Assembly (NCBI GenBank): GCA_963668715.1
Contig: OY764960.1
Span: forward strand, 2,681,078 to 2,745,077
Length of the DNA stretch: 64,000 bases
From: Bacteroidales bacterium
GTDB lineage: Bacteria; Bacteroidota; Bacteroidia; Bacteroidales; VadinHA17
Reading direction: 5' to 3'
This document shows positions 39,695 through 50,187 of the stretch, one piece after another. The notes beneath the pieces are model-generated. The model saw only the letters and a program-made list of their open reading frames with translations. It was not told the DNA's origin and made no database searches. Each line of letters begins with the position of its first letter. Within the stretch, counting starts at the first letter, position 1. Made by a program: the position numbers and the translations under genes.

Positions 39695-41077
39695 CTAAAT
39701 AAGATCAATCCCATACTTTTGTATCCTGCGGTAGAGTGCGTTCCATTCAATGTTAAGAAGTCTTGATGCTTCGGCTTTGTTATAATTGCTTTTTTGCAGA
39801 GCCCTTATAATTGTCTGCTTTTCAATCTCTCCCAGATCATAGGTGTTCGCCGTAATGTCCTCATTCATTGAAATGTTATCACCGGCGAAGGTAAAGTGTC
39901 CTGGCAACAGCTCAGTTTCTTTGCACATTATAACTGCCCTTTCTATGATATTCTTCAATTCCCTGATGTTCCCGGGGTAATTATACCTGTTAAGCAACTC
40001 AAGAGACCCCGGATTAATAGATTCGATATTTTTTCCCATCTTTTTGGATAATATACCGAGGAAGTGTTCAGCCATAGCCGCTATATCCTGTTTCCTTTCG
40101 CGCAGGGGGGGAAGATGAATAATGAATGTACTTAGCCTGTGAAAGAGGTCGGTACGGAAGTTTTTACTTCCTGTCAGTTCTTCAATTGTTTTGTTGGTAG
40201 CAACTATTATTCTTATATCGAAGGATTGATTTTGTTGTGTGCCTACCCTGGTAAATGTTCTTTCCTCCAGTACACGAAGTAGTTTGACCTGCAATCCCAT
40301 TCCCATTTCGCCTATCTCATCCAGGAAAAGTGTTCCTTTGTTTGCAGTCTCAAACCAACCGGCTTTATCGGAGATAGCACCTGTAAAGCTTCCTTTTTTG
40401 TGTCCGAAAAATTCACTTTCAAACAGCGATTCAGGTATAGCCGACATGTTTAGTGCCCCGAACATCTCATTTGAACGGTCGCTCATTCTGTGAATACCTC
40501 TTGCCACCAGTTCCTTGCCCGTACCGCTTTCGCCAATAATAAGGACTGAAGTATCAGGAGTTTTTGCAACCATTTCCATCTGCTGCTTGACCTCTTTAAT
40601 GGAAGGGGATTCACCTATAATTTCAGCTCCCAGTTCTCTGTTAACTTCTTCCTGAAGGCGTGTGCTTTTTATCTTTTCGGCTTTCAGGTTACGGTTCAGC
40701 TCGGCATGTTTTCGTGTGCGTTCAATAGCCATCCACAGATCGGCAGCGGAGAAGGGTTTCCTGAAATAATCGGCAGCGCCCTTACGTAAGGCTTCTATTA
40801 CGGTATCCATAACCCCTGCATTGCTTATCATGATCACTTCAATATTGGGGTATTCCTTTTTCACCTTCTCAAGCACCTTCAGTCCATCCATCTCAGGCAG
40901 CTTATAGTCACATATTATATATTTGATCTTTTCATTCTTCAGGACTTTGAAGCCTGATGAAGGCAACTCGACGGCAAAAACATTATATCTTTCGCTCAGG
41001 ATGGAGCCCGAAAGTTTCCTGTAGACCGGGTCGTCGTCTATTATCAGGATACTTTCTTTTTCAATGTTTTGTTCCAT
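39695..41077 (-). CDS. Sigma-54-dependent response regulator (NtrC family)
   Basis: REC domain, GESGTGKELVA, GSFTGA, LFLDEIGE, YPGNIREL, Fis-type HTH. Confidence 0.92.
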   Translation of the reverse strand: MEQNIEKESILIIDDDPVYRKLSGSILSERYNVFAVELPSSGFKVLKNEKIKYIICDYKLPEMDGLKVLEKVKKEYPNIEVIMISNAGVMDTVIEALRKGAADYFRKPFSAADLWMAIERTRKHAELNRNLKAEKIKSTRLQEEVNRELGAEIIGESPSIKEVKQQMEMVAKTPDTSVLIIGESGTGKELVARGIHRMSDRSNEMFGALNMSAIPESLFESEFFGHKKGSFTGAISDKAGWFETANKGTLFLDEIGEMGMGLQVKLLRVLEERTFTRVGTQQNQSFDIRIIVATNKTIEELTGSKNFRTDLFHRLSTFIIHLPPLRERKQDIAAMAEHFLGILSKKMGKNIESINPGSLELLNRYNYPGNIRELKNIIERAVIMCKETELLPGHFTFAGDNISMNEDITANTYDLGEIEKQTIIRALQKSNYNKAEASRLLNIEWNALYRRIQKYGIDLI

Positions 41078-41198
41078 TTCCTTGATTCTTATATTTTGTT
41101 ATTCCCGGATAACAAAGATAAGCCTTCTTAGAGAGATGTAACCACTACGAGGTCAGTTTAGTGATATGCGCGGATCCGGCAGTTGAATACAGTGGTAT

Positions 41199-42731
41199 TT
41201 ATTCTTCCTGCTTTTCATCTGTAGCCATTTCCCTTACTATTTTGGTGACGGATCTGAAATCTATCTTACCCGTACCCATCATCGGAAGCTCTTCGATCAT
41301 TACAAATTCCTTCGGTAATTCAATATTTGAGAGCTCACCGGACAGCTTTTTAAGAATATCCTTTTTATTTATTTCCCTTGTAATGGCTGCGACAATAGCT
41401 GAGCCTTTCAGTTCATCCTCTACATCCACTACACAACAGGATATATCCTCCGGCAGTATTTTTTCAAGTACGTCTTCTATTTTGACCAGGGAGATCATCT
41501 CTCCTCCGATCTTGACAAACCTTTTAAACCGGCCTGCATGCCAGAGATAGCCGTCCTCATCAATTCTGCCCATATCCCCGGTATCATACCAGCCGTTTTT
41601 AAAGACAGCCTCATTGGATTCGGGATCATTATAATAACCCTTCATCACTATATCGCCTTTGACCAGTATCTTGCCGGTTTCATCAGGACCGCATTCTTTA
41701 CCTGTATCAATATTCTCAATCCTGACCTGTACTCCCGGAATAATTTTGCCTATACTACCGGGCTTGTTAAACTCATGTGTATTTGTGGAAATAACAGGCG
41801 ATGTTTCGCTGGTCCCATAACCTTCAAGCAGAGTAACTCCGTGCTTTTTTTTCCACCCCTCACGTAATGCATCCGGACATTTGTCAGCCCCGGCTACCAT
41901 TATCCTTAACGATTTGAAATCACCCGGTTCTGATTTTTGCAGGTAACCCCAGTAGAAGGTTGGTGTTCCTACAATAACGGTAGGCCTCTCCTCACGCGCA
42001 ATATTGGATATAGTCTGAAAATCAAGCGGGTTTGCATAAGTTATCATCGTCATACCCTTCAATATTGGCGTCCAGAGGTTAACGGTAAGTCCGAATATAT
42101 GGAAAAATACAAGAGTGGCAAACATTATATCAGTTTCGAGCAGCCCCAGATGTTTATCGTAGCCAACTATATCGGATATTATATTCTTATGCGTAAGCTG
42201 AACCGCTTTCGGATCTTTTTCGCTTCCACTGGTAAATAATATGGCTGCAGTATCATTCTCATCTGTCGCGGGCAGGCCCTTAAGGATCACGGATGCAGGA
42301 AGCTTTGACCTTAATGCAGCCCTGAGCTTGTCTCCGGTAGTGACACTTTTCATGATATCTTCTATCAGGATCATCCCATCCATAACCGGACAGTCTATTT
42401 TATCAAGCAGGGCCCTGGAGGCTATTATAGTTCTGAAATTGCATTTTTCACGGGAATGTTTTACATTAGCTTCAGCCCCGGTCGAATAGTTAATGTAAAC
42501 AGGGATTCGTCCGCTCATCAGGGCAGCCAGCGAAGCCAGGGTGCATCCGGCAGAAGCAGGTATCATGATACCTATAAAACCCTTGTCGTATTTATTGAAT
42601 TTAGAAGCAAGTATCAATGATACTATTAATGCTTTTGAATAAGTAACATTTGTATTGGTCGCCTTGTCAATAATAGCAAGCTTCTTTGAAAGTCTTTTTG
42701 CATTCCTGACGAAACTGTGATGAAGTAACAT
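41199..42731 (-). CDS. AMP-binding acyl-ACP synthetase (Aas C-terminal-like)
   Basis: ILFTSGSEKDPKAVQLTH, EGYGTSETSP, YDTGD, GRFKRFVKIGGEMISL, GKIDF. Confidence 0.88.
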   Translation of the reverse strand: MLLHHSFVRNAKRLSKKLAIIDKATNTNVTYSKALIVSLILASKFNKYDKGFIGIMIPASAGCTLASLAALMSGRIPVYINYSTGAEANVKHSREKCNFRTIIASRALLDKIDCPVMDGMILIEDIMKSVTTGDKLRAALRSKLPASVILKGLPATDENDTAAILFTSGSEKDPKAVQLTHKNIISDIVGYDKHLGLLETDIMFATLVFFHIFGLTVNLWTPILKGMTMITYANPLDFQTISNIAREERPTVIVGTPTFYWGYLQKSEPGDFKSLRIMVAGADKCPDALREGWKKKHGVTLLEGYGTSETSPVISTNTHEFNKPGSIGKIIPGVQVRIENIDTGKECGPDETGKILVKGDIVMKGYYNDPESNEAVFKNGWYDTGDMGRIDEDGYLWHAGRFKRFVKIGGEMISLVKIEDVLEKILPEDISCCVVDVEDELKGSAIVAAITREINKKDILKKLSGELSNIELPKEFVMIEELPMMGTGKIDFRSVTKIVREMATDEKQEE

Positions 42732-43130
42732 ATTTTAAAGAATTAATTAATATTTTGCCCCAAAATGTTTGCCAATATAAATAAATAATTTTATTGAGAC
42801 TTAGTAGAAATATATTTTCGAATACCAAAATCTCAATGACCGGTATGGCCATTCAAATATACACTAAATCATGAGAAAAGCAATTGATGGTTTTCGACTG
42901 TATTGAAAACATGATCTTGTTTCAGATTGTCCGGTACTTATTTTTTGAACTTGCCGGGTATTCCTTTTATTCACCGGATGATTATGCCAGTCTGAAAAAC
43001 AAAAAACCAAAATATTAATGTATTTAATTTTTACAGACGGAATACTTGCATAAATAAATAAAAAGCGCAATTTTTGCAGTCAAATATAAGTATTTGTATA
43101 TTATTAATTATAATATTAAATCAGAAAAAG

Positions 43131-43193
43131 ATGCACTATAAAATACTGTCCTTCGAAAATAACAATAATAATTCGGTTGGCTTATTCCGGTGA
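43131..43193 (+). CDS. Putative Asn-rich leader peptide MHYKILSFENNNNNSVGLFR
   Basis: ATG...TGA, five consecutive Asn codons, directly upstream of an attenuator. Confidence 0.75.
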   Translation: MHYKILSFENNNNNSVGLFR

Positions 43194-43250
43194 GGATGGT
43201 ATTTAAAGGAAATAAGGAACCGTTCTCATAAAGGGAACGGTTCTTTTTTT
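43174..43250 (+). promoter_or_regulatory. Attenuator: antiterminator overlapping an intrinsic terminator
   Basis: Terminator GAACCGTTC...GAACGGTTC+T7 (43217-43250); alternative pairing of CGGTT..CTTATTCC (43174-43188) with GGAAATAAG.AACCG (43208-43222). Confidence 0.75.
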
Positions 43251-43268
43251 AATATTAAAACTGTAAAC

Positions 43269-43535
43269 ATGGATGACAGAATGAGTCTTGAGAATCTTTC
43301 AGGGATAAAAGATGCGGAATCCTCCCCATCGGTTGAAGAATTATTCTCAGTTATACGGAATGCGGTAAGTAACGGGATCATAGAGGCTGACGAATTTAAG
43401 GCTTCAGGGATAGACTTTGATGAGATGAGGGAAGATATAGTTATTGAATCGGGTGAAAAGGAAAAGGAAATTATCAGGCGTAATTTCCCGGAAAAACAAA
43501 ATGGTTATCTGGCTGTGCCGAGGATAGTTGACTAG
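43269..43535 (+). CDS. gatC: Divergent amidotransferase subunit C
   Basis: MRED...NFPEKQNGYLAVPRIV C-terminal GatC pattern; upstream of gatA. Confidence 0.7.
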   Translation: MDDRMSLENLSGIKDAESSPSVEELFSVIRNAVSNGIIEADEFKASGIDFDEMREDIVIESGEKEKEIIRRNFPEKQNGYLAVPRIVD

Positions 43536-43544
43536 CAAGACAGA

Positions 43545-43614
43545 TGAATGGTGAATGGTGAATGGTGAATGGTGAATAGTGAATGGTGAGAGATGAGAAA
43601 TGAGAAATGAGAAA
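43545..43614 (+). repeat. Ten in-phase heptamers, (TGAATRG)6 then (TGAGARA)4
   Basis: Read directly from sequence. Confidence 0.9.
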
Positions 43615-43722
43615 TGAGGGGTATGGTAGAGACTGTTATAAGCTTTTATTCAATCTCAGCTCGATCTGAAAAAAGCACTAATTATCATAAGATGAGCATT
43701 ATACGGATTATTGATAAATAAT

Positions 43723-45129
43723 ATGGGATCAGATATATTAAGTATACACAGGGCATTGCTGAATGGTGAATACACCTGCAGGGAACTGGTACAGGAAAGG
43801 ATTGACATGCTGTCGGACGACAGGCACAATACCTCAAACAGGGTACTTGTGAACAGTGCTTATGCAATGGCTGAGGCTGTTGACAGGAAGATCGCTGATA
43901 AGGAAGTGACAGGAATTCTGGAAGGTATACCTTTTGGTATTAAGGATGTATTACTTCTTCAGGGTGTGGAAGCAACCGGAAGCTCCAAATTTCTCAAAAG
44001 TTATATCGCACCTTATACGGGGACAGCTATACAAAAACTTCTTGATGCAGGCGCTATACCCATTGTTAAAGAGAATTGTGACAGCTTTGGACATGGCAGT
44101 ACCAATGAAAATTCATATTTCGGACCTGCTGTAAATGCACGGGACGATAACAGGGTAGCCGGTGGATCCAGCGGCGGGTCTTCAGTTAATGTTGCCCTGG
44201 GTCATACTGTCTTTTCAATAGGAGGCGATACAGGAGGATCGATAAGGCAACCTGCAGGCTATAACGGCGTATTCGGACTGAAACCAACCTATGGCAGGGT
44301 GTCGAGATATGGCCTGATGGCATATGCTTCGTCAACAGACTGTGTAGGCCCTATAGCCCGGAGCCCTCAGGATATTAGGATCATCCTCAATACCATAAGC
44401 GGAAAAGACAGCAGGGACCTGACTACAAGGGAATCGACAGATGTTCCTGAATCTGTCTTTGATGCTGACAAAAGCCTTAAGGGATTAAAGGTAGGAGTAT
44501 TCAGAAATTTTATTGAGAACGGCAGCCTGGATAATTCAATAAAAACCGGCTTCACAGGGCTCCTGGATAAATTGGATGATGCAGGTGTGGAAATCAATGA
44601 ACTGGATTTTTTTGATTCCGACCTTCTGGTATCTGCATATTATATACTTGCAATGGCTGAAACGGCATCTAACCTTGCACGTCTGGACGGAACATCTTAC
44701 GGAGAAAGGGAAGACGGGGATGATCTGAGGAGCAGCTCTCTGCTATCCCGGTCGGTTAATCTGTCGGAAGAGACTAAACGGAGGATCATAGGAGGCAACC
44801 AGGTACTGTCCTCCGGTTACTCGGAGCAGATCTACAGTAATGCACTTGCCCTGCGTGCCATGTTCAGCAACAAGTTCGATGAATTATTCGGGATGACAGA
44901 CCTGATCATTTCCCCCGTATCCCCTGCTCCACCACCGGTAATAGGAGAGAGCAGTGATCCCCTGCAGATGTACCTTTCCGATATGTATACCGTTGGTTTC
45001 AGTCTGGGAGGACTTCCTACTCTTACTGCTCCTTTGGGAACCGCGACAGGAATACAGATCACATCAGATAAATGGAGGGAAGAAAGTATTCTCAGATTTG
45101 CATATCAATTATATACCGGAATACAATGA
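43723..45129 (+). CDS. gatA: Asp/Glu-tRNA amidotransferase subunit A
   Basis: GIPFGIKD, AGGSSGGS, GGDTGGSIRQPA, GLKPTYGRVSRYG, DPLQMYLSD. Confidence 0.9.
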   Translation: MGSDILSIHRALLNGEYTCRELVQERIDMLSDDRHNTSNRVLVNSAYAMAEAVDRKIADKEVTGILEGIPFGIKDVLLLQGVEATGSSKFLKSYIAPYTGTAIQKLLDAGAIPIVKENCDSFGHGSTNENSYFGPAVNARDDNRVAGGSSGGSSVNVALGHTVFSIGGDTGGSIRQPAGYNGVFGLKPTYGRVSRYGLMAYASSTDCVGPIARSPQDIRIILNTISGKDSRDLTTRESTDVPESVFDADKSLKGLKVGVFRNFIENGSLDNSIKTGFTGLLDKLDDAGVEINELDFFDSDLLVSAYYILAMAETASNLARLDGTSYGEREDGDDLRSSSLLSRSVNLSEETKRRIIGGNQVLSSGYSEQIYSNALALRAMFSNKFDELFGMTDLIISPVSPAPPPVIGESSDPLQMYLSDMYTVGFSLGGLPTLTAPLGTATGIQITSDKWREESILRFAYQLYTGIQ

Positions 45130-48100
45130 GAAGAGATAAGATATACAGCATGCTGGAACAATCAGGGATAGAGATTGTAATCGGGATTGAAACACATATC
45201 AGACTGAACACAAAAACCAAGCTTTTTTGTTCATGTCCAAATACCGAGTCTCCCCGGCCAAATAGTAATATTTGTCCGGTTTGCACGGGACAAATGGGGG
45301 TATTACCCGCTTTGAACAAGGAAGCTGTCAGAAAAGCAGTATACCTTGGAAAGGCTGTCGATTCATCTATGAGTAATAACATTACAGGATGGGACCGTAA
45401 ACATTATGAATATCCCGATCTGCCCAAGAATTTTCAGTTAAGCCAGTTTCATAAGCCTGTAATTCCTGACGGCAAAGTAGAATGCTTCAGGGAAGACGGC
45501 ACCAGTTTTACTGTTGAACTGGCGCAGGCGCACCTGGAGGAGGACGCTGCTAAAATGATCCATCGTGGTAAAAAGTCGCTGGTTGATTTTAATAAATCAG
45601 GTGTCCCGTTAATAGAGGTGGTTACAAAGCCATGCATACACAGAATAGAGGATGCTTCTTTTTATGCCCAGTATCTTCAGAGAATTGCACAGAACCTGGG
45701 AATCTCAGGAGCTAATCCTGAAAAGGGTGAGTTTAAAAGCGATGTCAGTATATCTCTCAGAAAGAAAGGGTCGGATGACCTTAATCCCCGAACCGAGATA
45801 AAGAACCTTAACTCTTTCAGGTTTATGACCGATGCACTGGAAGAAGAGATAGATAAGCAATACAGATACTATACCGATAAGGGAGAGTTTAAATCCGATC
45901 AGGTAACTGTCCTGTATGATGAGGAACTGAAAGAGACCAGGACAATGAGGAAAAAGGAATATGCCGATGACTACCGTTTTTCTGTCGAGCCGGATATTCC
46001 CCGGGTTGATATCTCAGGACTTATTGAAGGTATATCTGTCGACAGGGAATTATTGCCCTTCTCGGTTGAGTCGACCCTGGTAAGGGGAGGTGTCCGCCCA
46101 CAGGATGCCAAGTTTTTCACTTTCGATATTGCACGGTCGCGGTTGTTCAATACTATCAATGATTCGCTGGGGGATCCTCTTTTTGTAGCCAGGGCTCTGA
46201 CCAATAGCCTTAAAGCTGATGATTACGGGCTGATAGACGACGTTAAGCCTTTTATAGATGTCTTTACTCTTTTAAAGGAACAAAAGGTAACTGCCCCGTT
46301 GGGGAGAAAGGCAATAAGCTTACTGGTAAAAGATGCCGGTTTTGATTACAATGATTTTTTCAGGATTAACTCAATATCCGAAGATGAACTTAAGGAATGC
46401 ATTACCAGGGTAATAAAGGAGAATAAGAAGACAGCGGATGAAATAACAGGCGGTAATACAGGGAAAGCAGGTATACTTGTTGGTAAGGTCAGGAATGAAC
46501 TGGGCGATTCAGTGCCGGGGAAGGAAGTTAAGGAATTAATATTAAAGATGTTATCGCCAGGTAGTAATGGAGGCTCAGAAAAAAATTCCGTTATACAGAA
46601 ATTATCTGAAAAGATTGTATCAGGATCCGGAATAAAGGCAGGAATACCGGATAACGGAGTATACAGGACTCACAGGATAGCTGAGCTCTCCGAAGAAGAT
46701 CTGTATAAGCAGGTAACGCTGGCAGGATGGATATCAAGCGTTCGCGATCATGGCAAGCTTGTTTTTATCGACCTGAGAGATTCCGATAATGAAATATTCC
46801 AGGTAAGACTGGACCAGTTATTTTTCGGTGAGCTTGATGAATATGCAAAGCTCAGTCCCGAATCTGTGATCATGGTTTCAGGCGAGATTATTATCAGGAG
46901 CGAAGATGACTTTAATCCGGGTATAAGGACAGGAAGACTGGAACTGAATGCAGGGATGATAAGGGTGCTTAACCATTCGGGAATATTACCTTTTGAGATA
47001 AGGAGCGCACATAAGTCGTCCGAGAATGTCAGGTTCAGACATAAATACCTTGACCTTAGGAATGAGCATATAAGAAGGCCTGTGGTAAACCGGTACAGGG
47101 TTATTAAGACTACTCGTGATCTGCTTGATACAAAAAGATTTATTGAGATAGAAACGCCAATATTAACATCAGGAACAGACGAGGGGGCCAGGGAGTTTAT
47201 AGTCCCGAGCAGGAGATTCCCCGGTAAGTTTTACACTCTTCCCCAGGCTCCCCAGCAATTCAAGCAACTGCTTATGGTTGGTGGAATAGAAAGATACTTC
47301 CAGATTGCAAGATGTTTCCGTGATGAGGATTCAAGGGGCGACAGACAACCCGAGTTTACTCAGTTGGATATTGAGATGGCTTTTGTGTCACGTGATGATA
47401 TTATTGGCATAAACACATGGTTGTTTAATGAAATAGTTGAACGTATCTATGACAGGGAATGGAAATTAAACCCTTTTATTGTTCTTAGCTATGCCGATGC
47501 TATTGAGAAATACGGAACAGACAGTCCTGACCTCAGGTTTGGTCTTGAGATGTCGGATATTACAGAGATCGTTAAAGATACGTCATTCAATGTTTTTTCC
47601 GATCCGGTAAACAAGGGGGGGATAGTGAAATGTCTGAAGGTTGACAGGGGATGCACTAAGAAGAGAATAACAAAGGGTTATATTGAACAACTGACACAGT
47701 TGGCAGTCAGAGAGGGACTGGGAGGCCTTGCTTATATCATTGTATCCGGTGATGAGCTCAGGTCGCCTATCATTAAATATCTCGGAGAAGATATTGCCCG
47801 TAGGATCATCGGAAAAATGCAGGCTGCCGATGGTGATATCGTTTTTTTCTCGGCTGCTGATAAGAAGATATGTAACAGGACTCTTAGCGCGGTAAGGAAC
47901 AAACTTGGCAGTGACCTTGGTCTTAAGGATCCTAATATGCTTCAGCCGGTATGGGTAGTGGATTTCCCTCTTTTTGAAAGGACAGATGAAGGATCATGGA
48001 CTTTCTCTCATAATCCTTTTTCAATGCCTGTAATTAAGGATATAGAAAGACATCTGGCAGGTGATAGTCCGGGTACTATCACATCGCAGCAGTATGATCT

Positions 48101-48455
48101 TATACTTAACGGCTATGAGATAGGAGGAGGATCGGTCAGGGCCCACAGGGCTGATATTCTTGAGGCGACATACCGGATAATGGGATATGATCAAGGCAGT
48201 ATACGGAAAAGCATAGGTCACATGCTTGATGCTTTTCGTCGCGGAGCCCCACCGCACGGCGGTATTGCCTGGGGAATAGACAGGCTTATGATGATACTCG
48301 AAAGAAAGCCTTCGATAAGAGATGTGATAGCATTTCCAAAGACAGGTACAGGGGAAGATCTTTTGTTCGGTAGTCCATCGGAGTTATCCGCCGATAAGAT
48401 CAGTGAGGCAAATATAAGAATGCTGTCGGACGAGTATGCAGCTCACATTAAATAG
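45126..48455 (+). CDS. gatB/aspS: GatB fused to non-discriminating aspartyl-tRNA synthetase (GatB-AspS)
   Basis: VIGIETH...KLFCSC, YPDLPKNFQ, HLEEDAAK, EIKNLNSF; then YRTH, RDHG, FQIARCFRDED, GAPPHGGIAWGIDR. ATG overlaps the gatA stop (ATGA). Confidence 0.92.
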   Translation: MRRDKIYSMLEQSGIEIVIGIETHIRLNTKTKLFCSCPNTESPRPNSNICPVCTGQMGVLPALNKEAVRKAVYLGKAVDSSMSNNITGWDRKHYEYPDLPKNFQLSQFHKPVIPDGKVECFREDGTSFTVELAQAHLEEDAAKMIHRGKKSLVDFNKSGVPLIEVVTKPCIHRIEDASFYAQYLQRIAQNLGISGANPEKGEFKSDVSISLRKKGSDDLNPRTEIKNLNSFRFMTDALEEEIDKQYRYYTDKGEFKSDQVTVLYDEELKETRTMRKKEYADDYRFSVEPDIPRVDISGLIEGISVDRELLPFSVESTLVRGGVRPQDAKFFTFDIARSRLFNTINDSLGDPLFVARALTNSLKADDYGLIDDVKPFIDVFTLLKEQKVTAPLGRKAISLLVKDAGFDYNDFFRINSISEDELKECITRVIKENKKTADEITGGNTGKAGILVGKVRNELGDSVPGKEVKELILKMLSPGSNGGSEKNSVIQKLSEKIVSGSGIKAGIPDNGVYRTHRIAELSEEDLYKQVTLAGWISSVRDHGKLVFIDLRDSDNEIFQVRLDQLFFGELDEYAKLSPESVIMVSGEIIIRSEDDFNPGIRTGRLELNAGMIRVLNHSGILPFEIRSAHKSSENVRFRHKYLDLRNEHIRRPVVNRYRVIKTTRDLLDTKRFIEIETPILTSGTDEGAREFIVPSRRFPGKFYTLPQAPQQFKQLLMVGGIERYFQIARCFRDEDSRGDRQPEFTQLDIEMAFVSRDDIIGINTWLFNEIVERIYDREWKLNPFIVLSYADAIEKYGTDSPDLRFGLEMSDITEIVKDTSFNVFSDPVNKGGIVKCLKVDRGCTKKRITKGYIEQLTQLAVREGLGGLAYIIVSGDELRSPIIKYLGEDIARRIIGKMQAADGDIVFFSAADKKICNRTLSAVRNKLGSDLGLKDPNMLQPVWVVDFPLFERTDEGSWTFSHNPFSMPVIKDIERHLAGDSPGTITSQQYDLILNGYEIGGGSVRAHRADILEATYRIMGYDQGSIRKSIGHMLDAFRRGAPPHGGIAWGIDRLMMILERKPSIRDVIAFPKTGTGEDLLFGSPSELSADKISEANIRMLSDEYAAHIK

Positions 48456-48520
48456 CTTTGTTTTATTTGTATTCTTTTTCTATTTTTGTTGCGCTAAAAT
48501 AAGCAGTAGGCTGCTTTACC

Positions 48521-48612
<92 letters not shown>

Positions 48613-48765
48613 CAATATTTATAAATCCGCAACAAGCGGATTTTGGAGAACTCCTGTTTATCCCGACCGTAAAATCATCCATCAGGCTAATAATTTGTGG
48701 GTTTAAAAATGCTGAAAATTTAAGTCTGCAATGGATTATTAGTCTTTAGATTACATGCTTTATAG

Positions 48766-49278
48766 TTAATTATGTACCTGAACCCCTCTTGTTGAGAAGG
48801 ACAACCCTTGCTGTCCATAGGTTGAGATCATTACAGCTTCGAATAACGGAGGGTTTTCAGGATTATTCACAGCCCAGTCGAATAAGAAGTTTGCTCCCGA
48901 GCCTCCTTCTTTGTCTGATTCGGCAATAATTATTTCAACAGTTTCCATCGGCTTCAGATAGACCGGATGATCCAGGTATTCCCTTATTTTATCACCCTGA
49001 GTATTGTAATAATCGGCTTTCAGTATATAGACGGAATCATTTGTTGAGATGTTGCGGATACTCACTGTAATTGTGAGGTCAAAGGTATGATTGTCATATC
49101 TGTGGTAAATATGTGAATAAGCAGGTAAATATGACCTTCCCTGAATAAGATCATCAAAGTCTGTGACTGCTGTTTTTCTCTCGACCCAGTCTGTTTTATT
49201 CACATGGGTTTCTTCTTTTTCTCCCTGGCATGAAGGAAGAAGTGATATCATGAATAATATGTAAAAGATCCTTTTCAT
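48766..49278 (-). CDS. DUF3124 family lipoprotein
   Basis: LPSC lipobox, YLPAYSHIY, VSIRN, GGSGANFLFDW. Confidence 0.85.
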   Translation of the reverse strand: MKRIFYILFMISLLPSCQGEKEETHVNKTDWVERKTAVTDFDDLIQGRSYLPAYSHIYHRYDNHTFDLTITVSIRNISTNDSVYILKADYYNTQGDKIREYLDHPVYLKPMETVEIIIAESDKEGGSGANFLFDWAVNNPENPPLFEAVMISTYGQQGLSFSTRGVQVHN

Positions 49279-49315
49279 TTCACAGGTTATTGTTTATTTC
49301 TTACTATTCATTACA

Positions 49316-49990
49316 TTAATATTCAATATCCGGAGGTACATCTTTCGATATATTCACTAATATTTTCATATCATTCAAACCTATCTGTCCTTTATAAATA
49401 TTTTTTTCTTTATTCAACTGGTTTACCATGCTATGCAGATCAACAGGGTCTGCCTTCGTTACTTTTTCAACAGTGTCAATTCCCAGGTCGTAGAGCATTA
49501 CGGCAAAAGTTGTACCTACCCATCTTATTCTGGATAAGTCGGTCAGCTTTGTAAGCTTCAGAATATCGTTATCCCCAATGCCCGTTTCAGTGGCAAGCTC
49601 TTTTCTTTTTGCAGCGCTGGTCACCCTGTCAAACAGGTTAACCGTGTTTTTAATTCCCGCTTTTTCCAGTTTTGAAACTGTCTCTTTTGAAACTCCGGGG
49701 AATTCACTGATCCTGTTAGGTTTAGGAAGCATGCTGTTTAATTCTCTGAGTAAGATTATAAGGTAATCGCCTGACAAACAATCAACTTTTTGTAATTCGG
49801 CGAGCTTATCCTTTTTCTTGAGGATCATAATCAGATCTTTAATATTGTTAATCCCTTTTTCTTTAAAGTATCCGAATCGCTCGTCCGGTCTTTCTTTTAG
49901 GATCATTCTGCTGGGTGGTAAGTAAGCTGATATTAGCTTATCCTTATAATTGTCGATTGTAATTTTTTCAAGATCGATATAGTACCCCAT
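49316..49990 (-). CDS. DUF4332-like HhH protein
   Basis: KLEKAGIKN...RKELA..TGI...DLSRIRWVG..FA.ML...GIDTV. Confidence 0.75.
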   Translation of the reverse strand: MGYYIDLEKITIDNYKDKLISAYLPPSRMILKERPDERFGYFKEKGINNIKDLIMILKKKDKLAELQKVDCLSGDYLIILLRELNSMLPKPNRISEFPGVSKETVSKLEKAGIKNTVNLFDRVTSAAKRKELATETGIGDNDILKLTKLTDLSRIRWVGTTFAVMLYDLGIDTVEKVTKADPVDLHSMVNQLNKEKNIYKGQIGLNDMKILVNISKDVPPDIEY

Positions 49991-50187
49991 TTTTGCTTGT
50001 TTTTTACAAAAAAATATTACCATTAAAGATAACAGGACAAACGATAAACGACAAATTTTTCAACTTATAAGCAAAGGATCTATTTCACCACTGTGTACAG
50101 GGTGACATACGGGGAAAAGTGAGTGGAGAGAAGTGAATTTTCAACTCTTTGTTTTACTTTGTACTTTTGCAGCACAGATATAATAAT

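Noticed and set aside
45072-45125. Longer N-terminus for GatB-AspS given by the ORF track
   Set aside because: It overlaps gatA; the ATG at 45126 coupled to the gatA stop is more plausible.
48613-50030. Island integrated at tRNA-Ser
   Set aside because: No duplicated tRNA 3' end or mobility gene found; a simple hairpin follows the tRNA.
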